Below, piece by piece: positions 1 through 13,230 of a DNA stretch of 64,000 nt. The notes beneath the pieces were generated by a model. It searched no databases. It saw only the letters and a list, made by a program, of their open reading frames with translations, and was not told where the DNA came from. The stretch spans positions 1-64,000 of the forward strand of contig NW_021836306.1 of assembly GCF_006345805.1 (NCBI RefSeq), in the 5' to 3' direction. Position 1 is the first letter of the stretch; the number at the start of each line of letters is the position of its first letter. The position numbers and the translations under genes were made by a program. This stretch comes from Octopus sinensis (taxonomy: Eukaryota).

Positions 1-131
1 CTGATATGAAGTAATTACTTTTATTATCAAGTAATTAATGAGCAAATTACTCTGTTTGCTTTGAAGAACATCCTGTTTGTTTCCCCATAACTCAAATGGG
101 TGGTTCACACGCATTTAAGAAGTGACAACTA

Positions 132-660
132 CCTTAAATCCTAGAGTATAGTCCACCCTTGAGTATAATAATACACAGGGCATTTTTAGGGGCCTGTACA
201 TCTGAAAAACCTAAACCTCGTGAATAATACGCACCCCCTTCTCTAACTTGAGTCAAGGAGGTCTATATAACGCCCTTGGTTTGAAAAATGTATACAGTAA
301 CGACCTTTATTATTATTATTGTATATATAACATAATGCAAACATGTAGCTTTTTTGTGCCTTTTGTTTGCAGAAAATAAAGAAATAACAAGATTAACGTC
401 AGTGAAAAATAAATATTAAGTAAATTGCTTTTACATATTTATCACTAAAAGTTACAAAAGCAAAAGCAAAAACATTTATTCAAATCCTCCAAATTCATCG
501 TCACTTTCAGCATCAAATAACTGTTCCTTTTGTTCCTCCGTAAACTTGTCAGCATCATCGCAGTGTAAATCTCCGTCATCGTCAGATTCATAGTCAACAT
601 CAGAAGATTCACTTTCGTTTATTTCATCTTTCCATACATCGTCATCCTGACTACCATCCA
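132..660 (-). mobile_element. Tc2/pogo-like DNA transposon 3' remnant
   Basis: TA at 130-131 is followed by CCTTAAATCCTAGAGTATAGTCCACCC, resembling Tc2/pogo TIRs. The minus strand encodes an acidic pogo-type C-terminal tail (LDGSQDDDVW...AESDDEFGGFE*). Confidence 0.6.
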
Positions 661-930
661 GGCCATGTTTCACTGCCATGTAACACGGCTGTCCACACAC
701 AGGCATCAAACAATCTGCCTTTCACTCTGAGATAGGCCCTCTGTTGCCAGCAGGGGGAGGCGATCTCTGAACTCTGCCCAGTCTAATCTTATTCTCACAG
801 TCATACTCTCGGAGCAACCACCTCCACTACAAACTTGGTCACCTAGATACCAGAAGCTATCTACTACCTCTAACTTGCCCCCCACCCCCCACCCCACCCA
901 GGCAGTTGATGGAGTCTACTTTCTGAACGT
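661..930 (-). mobile_element. RTE-clade LINE RT C-terminal fragment
   Basis: VDSFWYLGDQVCSGGGCSES...LPLLATEGLS, then RVKGRLFDACVWTAVLHGSETW in a shifted frame. It matches the RTE copy at 25174-25772. Confidence 0.85.
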
Positions 931-947
931 TTTCAGCGTTTATTGTT

Positions 948-1350
948 TACCTCTTTTACTCTTTTACTTGTTTCAGTCAGTTGACTGCGGCCATGCTGGA
1001 GCACCACCTTTAGTCGAGCAAATCGACCCCGGCACTTATTCTTTGTAAGCCTAGTACTTATTCTATCGGTCTCTTTTGCCAAACCGCTAAGTGACGGGGA
1101 CGTAAACACACCAGCATCGTTTGTCAAGCAATGCTAGGGGGACAAACACAGACACACAAACACACATATATATATATATATATACACGACGGGCTTCTTT
1201 CAGTTTCCGTCTACCAAATCCACTCACAAGGCTTTGGTCGGCCAGATGCTATAGTAGAAGACACTTGACCAACGTGCCACGCAGTAGGACTGAACCCGGA
1301 ACCATGTGGTTGGTAAGCAAGCTACTTACCACACAACCACTCCTGCGCCT
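948..1350 (-). mobile_element. tRNA-derived SINE family A (internal TA/CA microsatellite)
   Basis: tRNA-like head (GGCGCAGGAGTGG...GGGTTCAGTCC), central microsatellite and AAAAGAGT-repeat tail. About 10 related copies occur in the window. Confidence 0.9.
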
Positions 1351-1574
1351 GTGCATCTTCCACATACAAAAGTTAGTTTCCTCGTTAAAGTACCTGTATT
1401 TTTGCTGTACCTTCTACGTGTCCAAAGCTTACACTGGTTGCATTGTATGAAGTTTCTACCTTCCCCCTTTCCTACAGTTTGAGCAGAGCCATCTACGTGA
1501 AGGGATTTGTGATTTGGAGCCATCTACCTGAAAGGATCTTTTACTTGTTTCAGCCAATCCCAGGACTTATTTTC

Positions 1575-2045
1575 TTAACCCTTTTGTTACCAACCTGGCT
1601 GAAACCACTTCTGGCTTTGAGTACAAATGTCTTGTTTTCATAAGTTCCAGAAATATGGTAACAAAAGGGTTAAAATATATAATAGAGAAACAATTCTTAA
1701 CCCTTTTCTTAACCCGGCTGAAACTGCCTCTGGCTCTGAGTTCAAATGTCTTGTTTTCATAAGTTCCAGAAATATGGTAACAAAAGGGTTAAAATATATA
1801 ATAGAGAAACAATTCTTAACCCTTTTGATACCAACCCGGCTGAAACTGCCTCTGGCTCTGAGTTCAAATGTCTTGTTTTCATAAGTTCTGAATTAAAATC
1901 ATCCACCAAACCTTAGTCACAATTTATGTTCCTAGCACTAGCTTAATGATAACGAAGTTATTTTACTAAATTCTTTGCTTATATTTAAGATTAATTGAAA
2001 GAAAATCAGAGCATCTCAGCAGAAATATGGTAACAAAAGGGTTAA
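1575..2045. mobile_element. piggyBac-like TTAA MITE: two internally deleted copies plus one full copy in tandem
   Basis: TTAA|CCCTTTTGTTACCA...TGGTAACAAAAGGG|TTAA units at 1575-1673, 1697-1792 and 1816-2045. Same family as 11369-11588. Confidence 0.8.
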
Positions 2046-2069
2046 AATATATAATAGAGAAATAATTCT

Positions 2070-2190
2070 TAAGTACTTATTCTATCGGTCTCATTTTGCT
2101 GAGCTACAAAGTTATGGGGTTGTAAACACACCAACATCGGTTATCAAGTGGTGGTGGTGGTGGTGGTGGTTTGGCAAACAGACACAAAGA
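2070..2190 (-). mobile_element. SINE family A 3' fragment
   Basis: AGTACTTATTCTATCGGTCTC...GTAAACACACCAACATCGG matches the family A 3' half. Confidence 0.7.
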
Positions 2191-2396
2191 CATGGACATA
2201 TGGACGCTACGGACCCTCCTGGGCCCTAGAGAGGGTGTTTCAGAATATTCACATTCATATCCCCTGTCCCCGGACAGAGGACTGCTATGCATTCTTATGG
2301 ATACACATACATAACAGTTACTTTGTACAAATCTACACACACACGTTCTCGTACACACAAGCACATGCGTACATGGACACACACTCACAAAAGTAT

Positions 2397-2447
<51 letters not shown>

Positions 2448-2466
2448 CATACATATATATTTATAT

Positions 2467-2638
2467 AGGTGCAGGAGTGGCTGTGGGGTAAGTAGCTTGT
2501 TTACCAACCACATGATTCCGGGTTCTGTCCCACTGCGTGACACCTTGGGCATGTGTCTTCTACTATAGCCTCAGGCCGACCAAAGCCTTGTGAGCGGATT
2601 TGGTAGACGGAAACTGAAAGAAGCCCGTCGTATATATG

Positions 2639-2669
<31 letters not shown>

Positions 2670-2855
2670 TTGTGTTTGTCCCCCTATGCTGGTGTGTTTA
2701 TGTCCCTGTAACTTAGCGGTTCGGCAAAAGAGACCAATAGAATAAGTACTGGGCTTACAAAAGAATAAGTCCCGGGGTCGAGTTGCTCGACTAAAGGCGG
2801 TGCTCCAGCATGGGCGCAGTCAAATGACTGAAACAAGTAAAAGAGTAAAAGAGTA
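2467..2855 (+). mobile_element. SINE family A, full length
   Basis: AGGTGCAGGAGTGG head through the AAAAGAGT tail. Reverse complement of 948-1350. Confidence 0.9.
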
Positions 2856-3810
2856 TATATGTGTATTTAGAAGTGTACATATATTTGATTGTATATATAT
2901 GTATATATAAAGATGCACATCTAATATGTACACATATATTTTTATATACCTATATATTTATATGTTACTTTATACTTTATATTTTTACGCATTTATTATT
3001 CTAGGTGTTGTAATGTTTTTTTTTTAAAATATATATTTCTTAATCGCTAAAGTATTAACTTTTAACCGTGATGAACTGTATTCACACATTTTTCTCGCAC
3101 TTTCTTATATGCTTGTACAGATGAGTTATGTTTCATCTTCCGTGATGTTATAAATGTATATTCTATGATTAAATATTCGAGATATGAAATGTTACGTGGG
3201 TGACCCTGTATTTGTTTGTTCTGCGACTATAGTTTGATATATTTGTCTCATTCAATTGAGCACTTCTATAGCAGTCCTATTAAACATTTTGTTCCTGATA
3301 AGAAACAATCACTGTATTATTGACACATATATATATGCATACATATATACACACACACGCACACAGATATATATATACATATATACATATATATAGTTAA
3401 TCCAAACAAGAAAACACAAAAAAACACAGCAACGCGAGGACGTGGAACAAATAAAGTATTATTGGACGCTCAGGAAAGAAGGGAATATATATATATATAT
3501 ATACACATACACACATACATGTATATATACACACATACACATATATATATGTGTGTGTGTAAGTGACACACTCACCAGTAAAATTTCCACTTATTTCTTA
3601 TTTTTATTTTCTAAAATTTTCGTTGCGTCTTGAAACCTTTTCAATAGTTTTGACTCTGTCCGTTATTTACACTGCGACCCCTTTTGTTTGTTTGTGCGCA
3701 TGTGTGAGGGTCAGTGGGTCAGTATGTGTGTGTGCCTATACATGCATGCATGTACGTATGTATGTGTGTATGTGTTTGCATGTTTATGTATGTATGTATA
3801 TATGTGTGTG

Positions 3811-4147
3811 AAGGCACGTGGCTCAGTGGTTAGAGCGTCGAGCTTACGATCGTGAGGTTGTGAGCTCGAATCCCGGACCGGGTTGCATGTTGTGTTCTTG
3901 AGCAAGATACTCTATTTCCCGTTGCTCCAGTTAACTCACCTGTAGAAATGAGTTGCGACGCCACAGGTGCCAACCTGTATCGGCCCCTTTGCCTTTCCCT
4001 TGGATAACACTGGTGGCGTGGAGAGGGGAGGCTGGTATGCATGGGCGACTGCTGGTCTTCCATAAACCACCTTGCCCGGACTTGTCCCTGGGAGGGTAAC
4101 TTTCTAGGTGCAATCCCATGGTCAGTGTCATGACCGAAGGGGGTCCT
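3811..4147 (+). mobile_element. tRNA-derived SINE family C
   Basis: A-box TGGCTCAGTGG and B-box-like GCTCGAATCC, followed by a GTGTTCTTGAGCAAGATACT core. A head fragment of the same type lies at about 13236-13290. Confidence 0.8.
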
Positions 4148-4789
4148 GATCCCGATATATGTGTGTGTATGCATATGTGTATATGTATGTGTGTGCATCT
4201 GTATGTACGTATCCTGCACATTTATGTGCTTGCCTGTCCGTGTTTGTGTATATATGCACCTCTGTCCCCTTGTGCGTGCATGTCTGTGTGTGTGTGTGTG
4301 TTATGTAACTATGTACCATGTTTGTATGTATGGATGTGCATCTTTATATGTGTGGATCCGTGTCTCCATATGTGTCTGTTCATATAGTCTACATACCTAT
4401 CCGTCTGTATATTGATCTGTATATTGATAACAACTTGTTATCACACACACATATCTTTTTTTTACTATGTGAATAAATTTATGTTTACAAGTTATTTTCT
4501 GAACGGAATGGAGTTTAAAAAGCAACCTGTGTCCAGGTAAACTATGTGAATGCCAGGTAAGAATCTACTAAAGTGGCTGAAGTGGTTGGCATAAGGAAGG
4601 GCATCTGGCTGTAAAATAATATCTCAAAAGGGTAACCACGATGTGTATGGTTACTGTCAGGGGTTAAATGATTATTGTTAAGAGCACAAAGGTTAAGCCA
4701 TGATTTGACAGGGGAAACAGATTTAAATATTGGGTCTTCCAATGGATTTTGACAATGATACAATCATATTTTCCCATGGATAGCTGCAT

Positions 4790-5402
4790 GTGTAGTTAAG
4801 TTCCTTCTTCGAAAAAATGATTTACCGCAGATATCACAGTGAAACTGTCTCTCGCCTGTATGAGTACGTTTGTGACTAGTCAAGGTCCAGTTGTCAGAGA
4901 ATGATTTACCACAGGTAATACAGTGAAATGGCTTTTCTCCTGTATGAATATATGTGTGTGTAGTTAATTCACTGTTTTGAGAGAATGATTTGCCACAGGT
5001 AACACAGTGATACAGTTTCTCTCCTGTATGAAAACGTTTGTGTCGATTTAAGTGACTGTTTTGAGAGAATGACTTACCACAGGTATCACAGTGAAATGGC
5101 TTTTCACCTGTATGAACACGTTTGTGATTAGTTAAGGCACTGTTTTGAGAAAATGATTTACCACAGGTAACATAGTGAAATGGCTTTTATCCTGTATGGA
5201 TACGTATGTGTGTAGTTAATTCACTGTTTTGAGAGAATGATTTACCGCAGGTAACACAATGAAGTGGCTTCTCACCTGTATGAACACGAATGTGATTAAT
5301 TAAGTTACTGCTTGTAGAGAATGATTTACCACAGATTTCACAACTATGTTGTGATTTTCCTAATTCTTTTGACATTTCCCTAAGGGATACAAACAGACCC
5401 AA
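4790..5402 (-). pseudogene. C2H2 zinc-finger gene ZF1, 7 fingers, in-frame TAA after finger 2
   Basis: The ORF encodes 2 fingers, then HTG*KP (TAA where GAA is expected, at 5187-5189). The same frame continues through 5 more fingers to about 4800. Confidence 0.85.
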
Positions 5403-5800
5403 CCATTGAAGTTTCTCACAGTATTAAATTTTCCCCTTATCTTTCGTCTCTCACCACAGAATGTAATTTTCTTATTCTCGTTCTTGTAATTTATTCCCCA
5501 GAAATATTTCAAATCCTATCAACCTTGATTTTATTGATATCCAAAATTCTGCAAACTTCTTTGTAAATATATTCAAGAATAATTAGAATGCAAAAGTACC
5601 AGATAAGGAGATGGAGAAATGTTGCTATGAATTGTTGCTCAGAGCAAATATTTCACAGTAATTCAATCCCAGATTTATAGCAGTTGGGTTATTATATCTG
5701 TTCTCTAAAACGTTTTCATTTCGTCTTCAAAAAAACATGGTAAATATTCCAGATGTATCCAATGAACAAAAGATGTTTGGTGCCAATGTCATCTGTGAAT

Positions 5801-5822
5801 CTGAAATAATAAAGAAACAGTT
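5801..5822 (-). promoter_or_regulatory. Splice acceptor of the ZF1 coding exon
   Basis: CTGTTTCTTTATTATTTCAG|ATTC. Paralogous acceptors precede all five ZF loci. Confidence 0.65.
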
Positions 5823-6044
5823 TTAGATAGAGAGGAGAGATCAAAATGGAAGTGTTACAACATTTCTATATTGATTAACAAATGATATCAAATAACATTG
5901 GGTGGAATCTAAAAATATGTAAACTACAACTACACTTTCACACAGTGTAACATTACACACACATATATGTATATATATGTATATATATATCAATCAGGTC
6001 ATCCCATAAGTTCTGTCTGAAATTTGAATAAAGAAAACAAGTGA

Positions 6045-7200
6045 TCAAACTGCATCTAACCAGACTCTCTCCCTAATTAGTTGGGCTATGACCCTCTCCG
6101 TGACCATCACCTGATCCAACACTTTGATACCCCTGTAGTTATTTCTATCTAAAGCATCACCTTTACCCTTGTAGCAGTTGACTAAGGGGCTGCTATGCCA
6201 GTCATTGGGTATGACTCCATCATGAACTACCTGGTTTACAAAACAGGTGACTTGGCCATAGCTCAGACCACCAGATATTTTAAGCATCTCAGCAATGATT
6301 CCTGATGGACCGGGGGCTTTTTCTGGCTTCATACTCTTAATTGCTTTATCTACCAGGGTGCAATCTATTCGGGTAGCTGGTCCTTTTACTGGGTCAACAT
6401 TTGGCAGGCTTTCCTCCTCCCATTCATTCTCCATGTTCAGCAGTCTTTCATAATGGCTTCTCCAAGCCTCTTTCTTTTCAGAATCATTAAAAGCAAGGGC
6501 ACCATCATCCATGCAGACACATTTCTCTCCTGTAACATCACAATTTTCTCCCACACACTGTCTTGCAATCTGAAATACTTCAGTTCTTTGGTCCCCACGT
6601 CACAGGACATTGGCAACTTCCTTCTTTTCTACTTCACCCTTGGCTATGTATACAGGTCGCCCAGCCCCTCTTCTGGCTATCTGGTACACTCCCCCCCTAC
6701 CCTCACCCTTCCAGGTTTGTTTCTTTGCTTTGATGGCTTTGCCTATCATATTATTCCACCCCCACATTACTCTAGGTCTGGAAGGGACTTTGCACAGACT
6801 TGCTCTGTGGCACTCAGTAAACTTGCTCCATAAGGATATCCAGCAGCCTTCTATTTCTTGATGAGGAGGTCCCTAAATCTCTGACCATGTGAAGGGTTCA
6901 TTAGCTTCCAAATCCTTCTTTTCTGGATTGGTCTGCTTCTGGACATCCTTCTGGCCTCAAGTCTAAAGTCACCAATGATAATGATTAGTCTATGCTGGGG
7001 GTTATATTCTTCACTCGGGAGGGTCTTTGTATTTAAGAGCAACCCTGCATCCTGCTGTCTGTTGAGGATGAAATCAATCTGGCTAGCAGAGTCCCCTGAT
7101 TGGTAGGTTATAAGGTAGCTGTCTGCTTTCCTGAAGTTAGTGTTGCAGATTAAAAGGTTGCATGCATCACAGAACTCCAGAAGCCCGGTTCCCTCACTGT
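6045..7200 (-). mobile_element. RTE LINE fragment (endonuclease C-terminus to RT N-terminus), decayed
   Basis: EGTGLLEFCDACNLLICNTNFRKADS, QHRLII, KAPGPSG and CYKGKGDALDRNNYRGIKVL motifs, with stops and frameshifts. Confidence 0.9.
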
Positions 7201-7282
7201 ATCAAGTATTGGTGGTGGGGGGCAGGAGAGGACGAGCACACCGCGAACAAAGTTTAATTTGGGAGATGGTACGAGGAACGAA

Positions 7283-7319
<37 letters not shown>
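7283..7319. repeat. (TAA)n microsatellite
   Basis: Direct inspection. Confidence 0.9.
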
Positions 7320-7620
7320 TACATTCAAAGTGTTCATGGGGGATGAGAAATTAAACAAACCAGGGAACAAGTAATTATCTTAACGAAATTACATGAGATG
7401 AAGAGGGTATATATTGAGGTATATATCAGTTGAAATGGTTAGCTTCTGAAAACTAGCTGTTAGTAAGTAATACATTTAAAGAGTTAATAGTGTTAATTAA
7501 TGTATTAATTAATGTGTTAATGGCGAATGAATGCATGAAAGATTGAAAAAAATGAGAGAATCTTAACTTAGCAATGCATCATCATTTGGCGACTATTTAA
7601 GTTAATTATTATATAATTTT

Positions 7621-7991
7621 GTAGCTTGCTTACCAACCACATGGTTCCGGGTTCAGTCCCACTGTGTGGCACCTTGGGCAAGTGTTTCAACTATAGCCTC
7701 GGGCCGACCAAAGCCTTGTAAGTGGATTTGGTAGACGGAAACTGAAAGAAGCCCATTGTATATGTGTATATATATGTGTGTCTGTGTTTGTCCCCCTAGC
7801 ATTGCTTGACAACCAATGCTGGTGTGTTCATGTCCCCCTTACTTAGCGGTTCGGCAAAAGTGACCGATAGAATAAGTACTAGGCTTACAAAGAATAAGTC
7901 CTGGGGTCGATTTCCTCGACTAAAGGCGGTGCTCCAACATGGCCACAGTCACATGACTGAAACAAGTAAAAGATTAAAGAGCAAAAGAGTA
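7621..7991 (+). mobile_element. SINE family A, 5' truncated
   Basis: Matches 2467-2855 from GTAGCTTGCTTACCAACCACATG onward. Confidence 0.85.
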
Positions 7992-8487
7992 AGTCAGTTA
8001 TTTCTTTGTGGCCCGATAGCAAACCATTCATGAACCAGTACCAGCTGTGGCCTGGGGGTTATGGACCTCTCATATACAAGATTACATTGTCTGTCCTGTG
8101 TCCATTCATGGTTCTAGAAGATATTTTATATTTATGGTTACATAAGATACATATTTTGAGAAGCAATTTCGACATAGTATTTGTACCCAGTTTAGAACAG
8201 AAGTGGAAACAGATAGAATCCCATCTCCCTGTCTGTTGCCAGGGGCTACAAACAGAGAAACAGGTAAAAGAAGAAAAGAATATATTCAGCTGAATTTTAT
8301 TTGTTTATCAATATTTTCTTTTTGTTTGATCAATATATGGTCACTTCACCTGCTAGAAACAACAGCTAAATTCTATGCAATTTAAACCTTCTGGTCCTGA
8401 AAACTAGAGATTACTTGCTGATTTAACGCTGGATAAAGAACGTTAGAAAAAAAACAAAAAACAGGAGAGTCATGGATGGAATATATA

Positions 8488-8718
8488 TTTCTTTATTGCC
8501 CACAGGGGGTTAAACATAGAGGGGACAAACAAAGACAGACAAACGGATTAAGTCGATTACATCGACCCCAGTGCGTAACTGGTACTTTATTTATCGACCC
8601 CGAAAGGATGAAAGGCAAAGTCGACCTCTGCGGAATTTGAACTCACAACGTAACGACAGACAAAATAGAGCTACGCATTTCGCCCGGCGTGCTAATGTTT
8701 CTGCCAGCTCGCCGCCTT
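8488..8718 (-). mobile_element. tRNA-derived SINE family B
   Basis: Reverse strand reads AAGGCGGCGAGCTGGCAGAAAC...GAGTTCAAATTCC (B-box)...AATAAAGAA. Fragments occur at 13830-13935, 14480-14560 and 40529-40642. Confidence 0.85.
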
Positions 8719-8915
8719 AATATAGCAACCATACCAGCATGAATGTCCATGGGACCCAAACCCTTTCTCTGCAAGTACTTGATGCCAAATTTTATCCATT
8801 TTCAAGAGATGTTGCTACTAGTTGCTTCCAGAGTCTTCTTTGAACAGTCTTTGTTCTTTGGAAAGAAATGATGCAGTTTTTAATAAGAAGTGTTGAAATT
8901 ATTACATGCAAGAAA

Positions 8916-9080
8916 TGGCACAGGAGTGGCTGTGTGGTAAGAAGCTTGCTTACCAACCACATGGTTCCGGTTCAGTCCCACTGCGTGGCACCTTGGGCAA
9001 GTGCTTTCTACTATAGCCTCGGGCCGACCAATGCCTTGTGAGTGGATTTGGTAGACGGAAACTGAAAGAAGCCTGTCGTA

Positions 9081-9130
<50 letters not shown>

Positions 9131-9348
9131 TGTGTGTGTGTTTGTGTGTCTGTGTTTGTCCCCCTATCATTGCTTGACAACCGATGCTGGTGTGTTTACG
9201 TCCCCGTCACTTAGCGGTTCGGCAAAAGAGACCGATAGAATAAGTACTGGGCTTACAAAGAATAAGTCCCAGGGTCGATTTGCTCGACTGAAGGCGGTAC
9301 TCCAGCATGGCCGCATTCAAATGACTGAAACAAGTAAAAGAGTAAAGA
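8916..9348 (+). mobile_element. SINE family A, full length
   Basis: Head, (TA)n centre and tail match the other copies. Confidence 0.9.
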
Positions 9349-9528
9349 GAGCAAGATTTCAAAGTTCTAGCATCCCTCCTTCATAGTAAGCCTATAAACC
9401 TTTTAGACCAGCCTCATAGCCATTTCCCTGAATGATTTATCATATACATCCAGCATATTTTTGAGCTTAGCTGAGGTTCATCTTTCAGCAAATGACTCAC
9501 CACAGACATCACAATGAAATGGCTTCTT

Positions 9529-10710
9529 TCAAGTGTGAATACGTTTGTGTCTAGTTAACTTCCTTCCTACAGAGAAAGACTGACCGCAGATATCACAGTG
9601 ATAAGGTCTCTCTCCAGTGTGAATGTGCCTGTGTGTAATTAAGTGGTCATTTCGAGAGAATGATTGACCACAGATATCACACTGATAAGGTTTCTCTCCC
9701 GTATGAATGCGTTGGTGTTTTGTTAAGATATGACTTTGAGAGAATGATTGACCACAGATATCACACTGATAAGGTTTCTCCCCTGTGTGAATACGTTTGT
9801 GCTTAGTTAGGGAACGTCCCTCAGCATATGACTGACCACAGACGTCACAATGAAAAGGCTTCTCTCCAGTATGAACACGTTTGTGTCTGGTCAATGTACT
9901 CCCTTCAGAGAACGACTGACCACAGATAACGCACTGATATGGTTTCTCTCCTGTATGAATGCGTCTGTGATTAGTTAAGACAAAATTCTGAGAGAAGGAT
10001 TTACCACAGATGTCACAGTCATATGGTTTTTCACCTGTATGAACGTGTTTGTGTTTACTTAAGTAATTAGGCCGAGAGAATGATTTGCCACAGGTATCAC
10101 AGTGAAATGGCTTCTCACCTGTATGAATACGTTTGTGCTTAGTTAAGTGATCGGACTGGGAGAAGGATTTACTACAGGTATCACACTGATAAGGTTTCTC
10201 ACCTGTATGGATACGTTTGTGCTTAGTTAAGGTCCCTCCATCACAGAATGACTGGCCACAGAAAACACACTGATATGGTCTCTCTCCTGTATGAATGCGT
10301 ATATGTGTAGTCAAGCCATGATTTTGAGAGAATGATTTACCACAGACATCACAGTGATATGGTCTCCCTCCTGTATGAATGCGTTTGTGAGTAGTTAAGT
10401 GGTAATTCTGAGTGAATGATTTACCACAGATATCACAGTGGTAGGGCCTCTCCCCTGTATGAATACGCTTGTGGGCAGTTAAGTGTTTATTTTGAGATAA
10501 TGATTTTCCACAGATATCACAGCGATATGGTTTCTCTCCTGTATGACTACGTTTGTGAACCGTGAGGCTTTCTTTCCGAGTAAATGACTTTTTACAGATA
10601 TCACAGTTGTGAGATGTTTTTCCTCTATCTTTTGGCACCTCCTCAATAAAGTCAAGACTTTCCGTCAGCATTTTACATTTCACATTGTCCTCACGCAATT
10701 CACTTTCCAT
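9529..10710 (-). CDS. C2H2 zinc-finger protein ZF2, 393 aa, 13 tandem fingers, no KRAB/SET domain in the ORF
   Basis: Intact ORF with 13 CxxC-x12-HxxxH fingers and TGE(K/R)PY linkers. A vestigial 14th finger follows the TGA. Acceptor at about 10992. Confidence 0.95.
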   Translation of the reverse strand: MESELREDNVKCKMLTESLDFIEEVPKDRGKTSHNCDICKKSFTRKESLTVHKRSHTGEKPYRCDICGKSLSQNKHLTAHKRIHTGERPYHCDICGKSFTQNYHLTTHKRIHTGGRPYHCDVCGKSFSQNHGLTTHIRIHTGERPYQCVFCGQSFCDGGTLTKHKRIHTGEKPYQCDTCSKSFSQSDHLTKHKRIHTGEKPFHCDTCGKSFSRPNYLSKHKHVHTGEKPYDCDICGKSFSQNFVLTNHRRIHTGEKPYQCVICGQSFSEGSTLTRHKRVHTGEKPFHCDVCGQSYAEGRSLTKHKRIHTGEKPYQCDICGQSFSQSHILTKHQRIHTGEKPYQCDICGQSFSRNDHLITHRHIHTGERPYHCDICGQSFSVGRKLTRHKRIHT

Positions 10711-11368
10711 AATTTATATTTTCTCACCACAATATGCAGATGTTTACACACTTCATTCCTATAAAATTTCTTATCTTGGTCAATATCTGCAGAAGCTGCC
10801 AGCTCTTTTGTAATCCAAGGTTAATAGGAATGCAAAATCCTCATTGAAGAAGAAATATTGCTGCAGTCGCAAGAAATATTTCACACAAAATTTACCTTCT
10901 TTCTATAAACAGGGATCTCTTTGTTCTGTGTCACAGCTTTATTTAATCTTTCAAAAATGATAAATCCATTAATCCAATGTTATCCCGTAATCTGAAATAA
11001 GAGAGAAACAACAGAAATTACAGAGGATACTTGATAAAACAACAGAGACTACACAGTGGAAGATTTTACCTGTTATATTCATGACTATGGGAAGATATTT
11101 TTTTCATCTTTCACTTGTTTGACTGTGGCCATGCTGGGGCACAGCATTGAAGGGCTTAGATACACAAACCAACACTAATACTTAGTTTTTTAAGAGACTC
11201 TATTAGTCTCTGGCAAAACTGCTAGGTCAGAAGGATGTAAACAAACCTACTCCAGTTGTGATGCAGTCATGGGGGACAAATGCAACAGAAATACTCACAC
11301 ACACACATATGTAATGAAAGGGACTTCCTAAATCACAAAAGCAACAGAAATACATACATCAACATCAT

Positions 11369-11588
11369 TTAACCCTTTCGTTACAGTATTTATTTTGAGA
11401 TGCTCTGTGTTCAATTTTAAATATAACAAAGAATTTAGTAAAATAACTTCGTTATCATTAAGCTAGTGTTAGGAATATAAATTGTGACTAAGGTTTGGTG
11501 GAAGATTTTAATTCAGAACTTATGTAAACAAGACATTTGTACTCAGAACCAGAGCCAGTTTCAGCCGGGTTGGTAACGAAAGGGTTAA
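11369..11588. mobile_element. piggyBac-like MITE with TTAA TSD
   Basis: TTAA|CCCTTTCGTTAC...GTAACGAAAGGG|TTAA, a perfect 12-bp TIR. The interior is the reverse complement of 1816-2045. Confidence 0.85.
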
Positions 11589-11589
11589 T

Positions 11590-12140
11590 GTCTGCTTTCC
11601 ATACTGGCATGGGTCACACAGTTTGACCGGAGCCGATGAGCCGGAGAGCTACACCAGGTTCCAGTGTGATTTGGCATGGTTTCTATGGCTGGATGCCCTT
11701 CCTAACACCAACCACCCCAGGGGTGTAGTGGGTGCTTTTATACACTACCGGCAAGGGTGCCGTTTACATGACACCGGCAACAACCAGGACTACGATTCAA
11801 GGCAATGACTATGATGCAAGGGTGTCGTTTACACGGCACTAGCGGCACCCACGATGACTCATGAGTCCTATTTCCATGACTCTGGTGACCACTATGACTC
11901 ACAGGTGCAATTTACATGGCATTTGCACTGACCACGATTCCCAGGTGCCAATGTACATGGCACCATCAATGACCATGGCTATGATGCACAGCACTAGCAT
12001 TCATCATCATCATCGTCATCATCGTTTAACGTCCGTTCTCCATGCTAGCACGGGTTGGACAGTTCGACCGGGGTCTGGGAAGCCAGGAGGCTGCACCAGG
12101 CTCCAGTCTGATCTGGCAGTGTTTCTACAGCTGGATGCCA
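11590..12140 (-). mobile_element. Two RTE-LINE 3' end fragments, the first with a degenerate internal minisatellite
   Basis: CTGGATGCCCTTCCTAAC motif and (CAT)n tail, as in the RTE 3' UTR at 24168-24330. Confidence 0.7.
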
Positions 12141-12879
12141 AGAGGGGCATAAAACCTGCTTCCAGGAGATACCCCTCTTTAATGAGAGGCCCACCTCCGC
12201 CATTTACAAAGTCATCCCTCAACATCCTACTGGGGTAAAAAGAATTGAAGGCACAATGAGTTTTTGGGACCCTACACACTTAAAAAGTATACAAGAAGCC
12301 TTTTTGGTAAAAAAAAAATACACATTTTCTGACAAAAAGATTTAAGGGAGATATGGCTGTTGTTTCTAGCATATCCTGTGACTGGTAAGGTTTCGGGTTG
12401 ATAAAAAATAATTTCTTAATAGCATAAATGGGTTTATGATACTGATGGGGAGAATATATTGAAAATCATCAGAGTGAGAAAGACACGAGGAAGGTCATGA
12501 GATATGCTAGACACAGCAGCCAAATCGCCATTCAATACGAGATCTACCGCGCACTATCTGTAGTCTATGCTGTGAAATAACCTCATCTGTTTTTCTCAAT
12601 TTTCATCCTATGAATGTATTACTGGGATTAGGATTAGGGTTGGATTGAGCTTTTCCCCAGTCACACCTTCATCGTATTTGCTAGAAAGTAGTGAGAAAAG
12701 ATGCTGCCGATTCGTTTGTGGGTTTCCTAAAAGAAATACGAAGCATCATCGTTAAAGGATTCAAGTGTAAATTCTGTCAGCAGTTCCGTCTGTCATTAAG
12801 AATAAATAATTATTCAATATTATTCAACTTGATTTTATAATCGTGCAGTATAAATGGTTGTGGTGGAAGTAGACGGCAC

Positions 12880-13230
12880 ACAAAAGTGACATAGAATTAA
12901 TTGGCGGCCGGAAATGAGTGTAGAGCGAAATATTTCGATATTTTGGTCTTACCTCGGTCTTAATCAGTCGTTTTTCCTCTGCCAGGTCGTGTCAGGACGT
13001 CGACGAAGAACAAGAGAAACGACAGAACCTAATTTACAACTCAAATAAACAGACATTCGCTTTCCGTTTACCATAAGAGATGGAGGAGGAAGAAACAAGG
13101 TTCGAACACGCTTCGTTTCTCTCTAAATTACAAAAAAAAAAAAAAACCCACGCCTTCTTCTGCTCCAGCCACATCTTTAGGGGCCGCCTGGTGACGTCAC
13201 GTCCGCTTTCCCTATCAGACAATCAATGTC
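12880..13230 (-). promoter_or_regulatory. Candidate CpG-rich promoter and first exon
   Basis: Local CpG enrichment, CCGGAAAT (about 12908), palindromic TGACGTCA (about 13192) and a minus-strand donor GAG|GTAAG near 12950, upstream of the ZF2 acceptor. Confidence 0.4.

Noticed and set aside
476-709. 77-aa acidic ORF
   Set aside because: It is a chimera of an off-frame RTE fragment and a pogo C-terminal tail, joined near 660.
2104-2568. Many ORFs rich in YI, HT or CV (also near 4100, 43400, 45300, 55300)
   Set aside because: They are translations of dinucleotide microsatellites.
3811-3885. tRNA gene
   Set aside because: It continues into a SINE body, so it is a SINE head.
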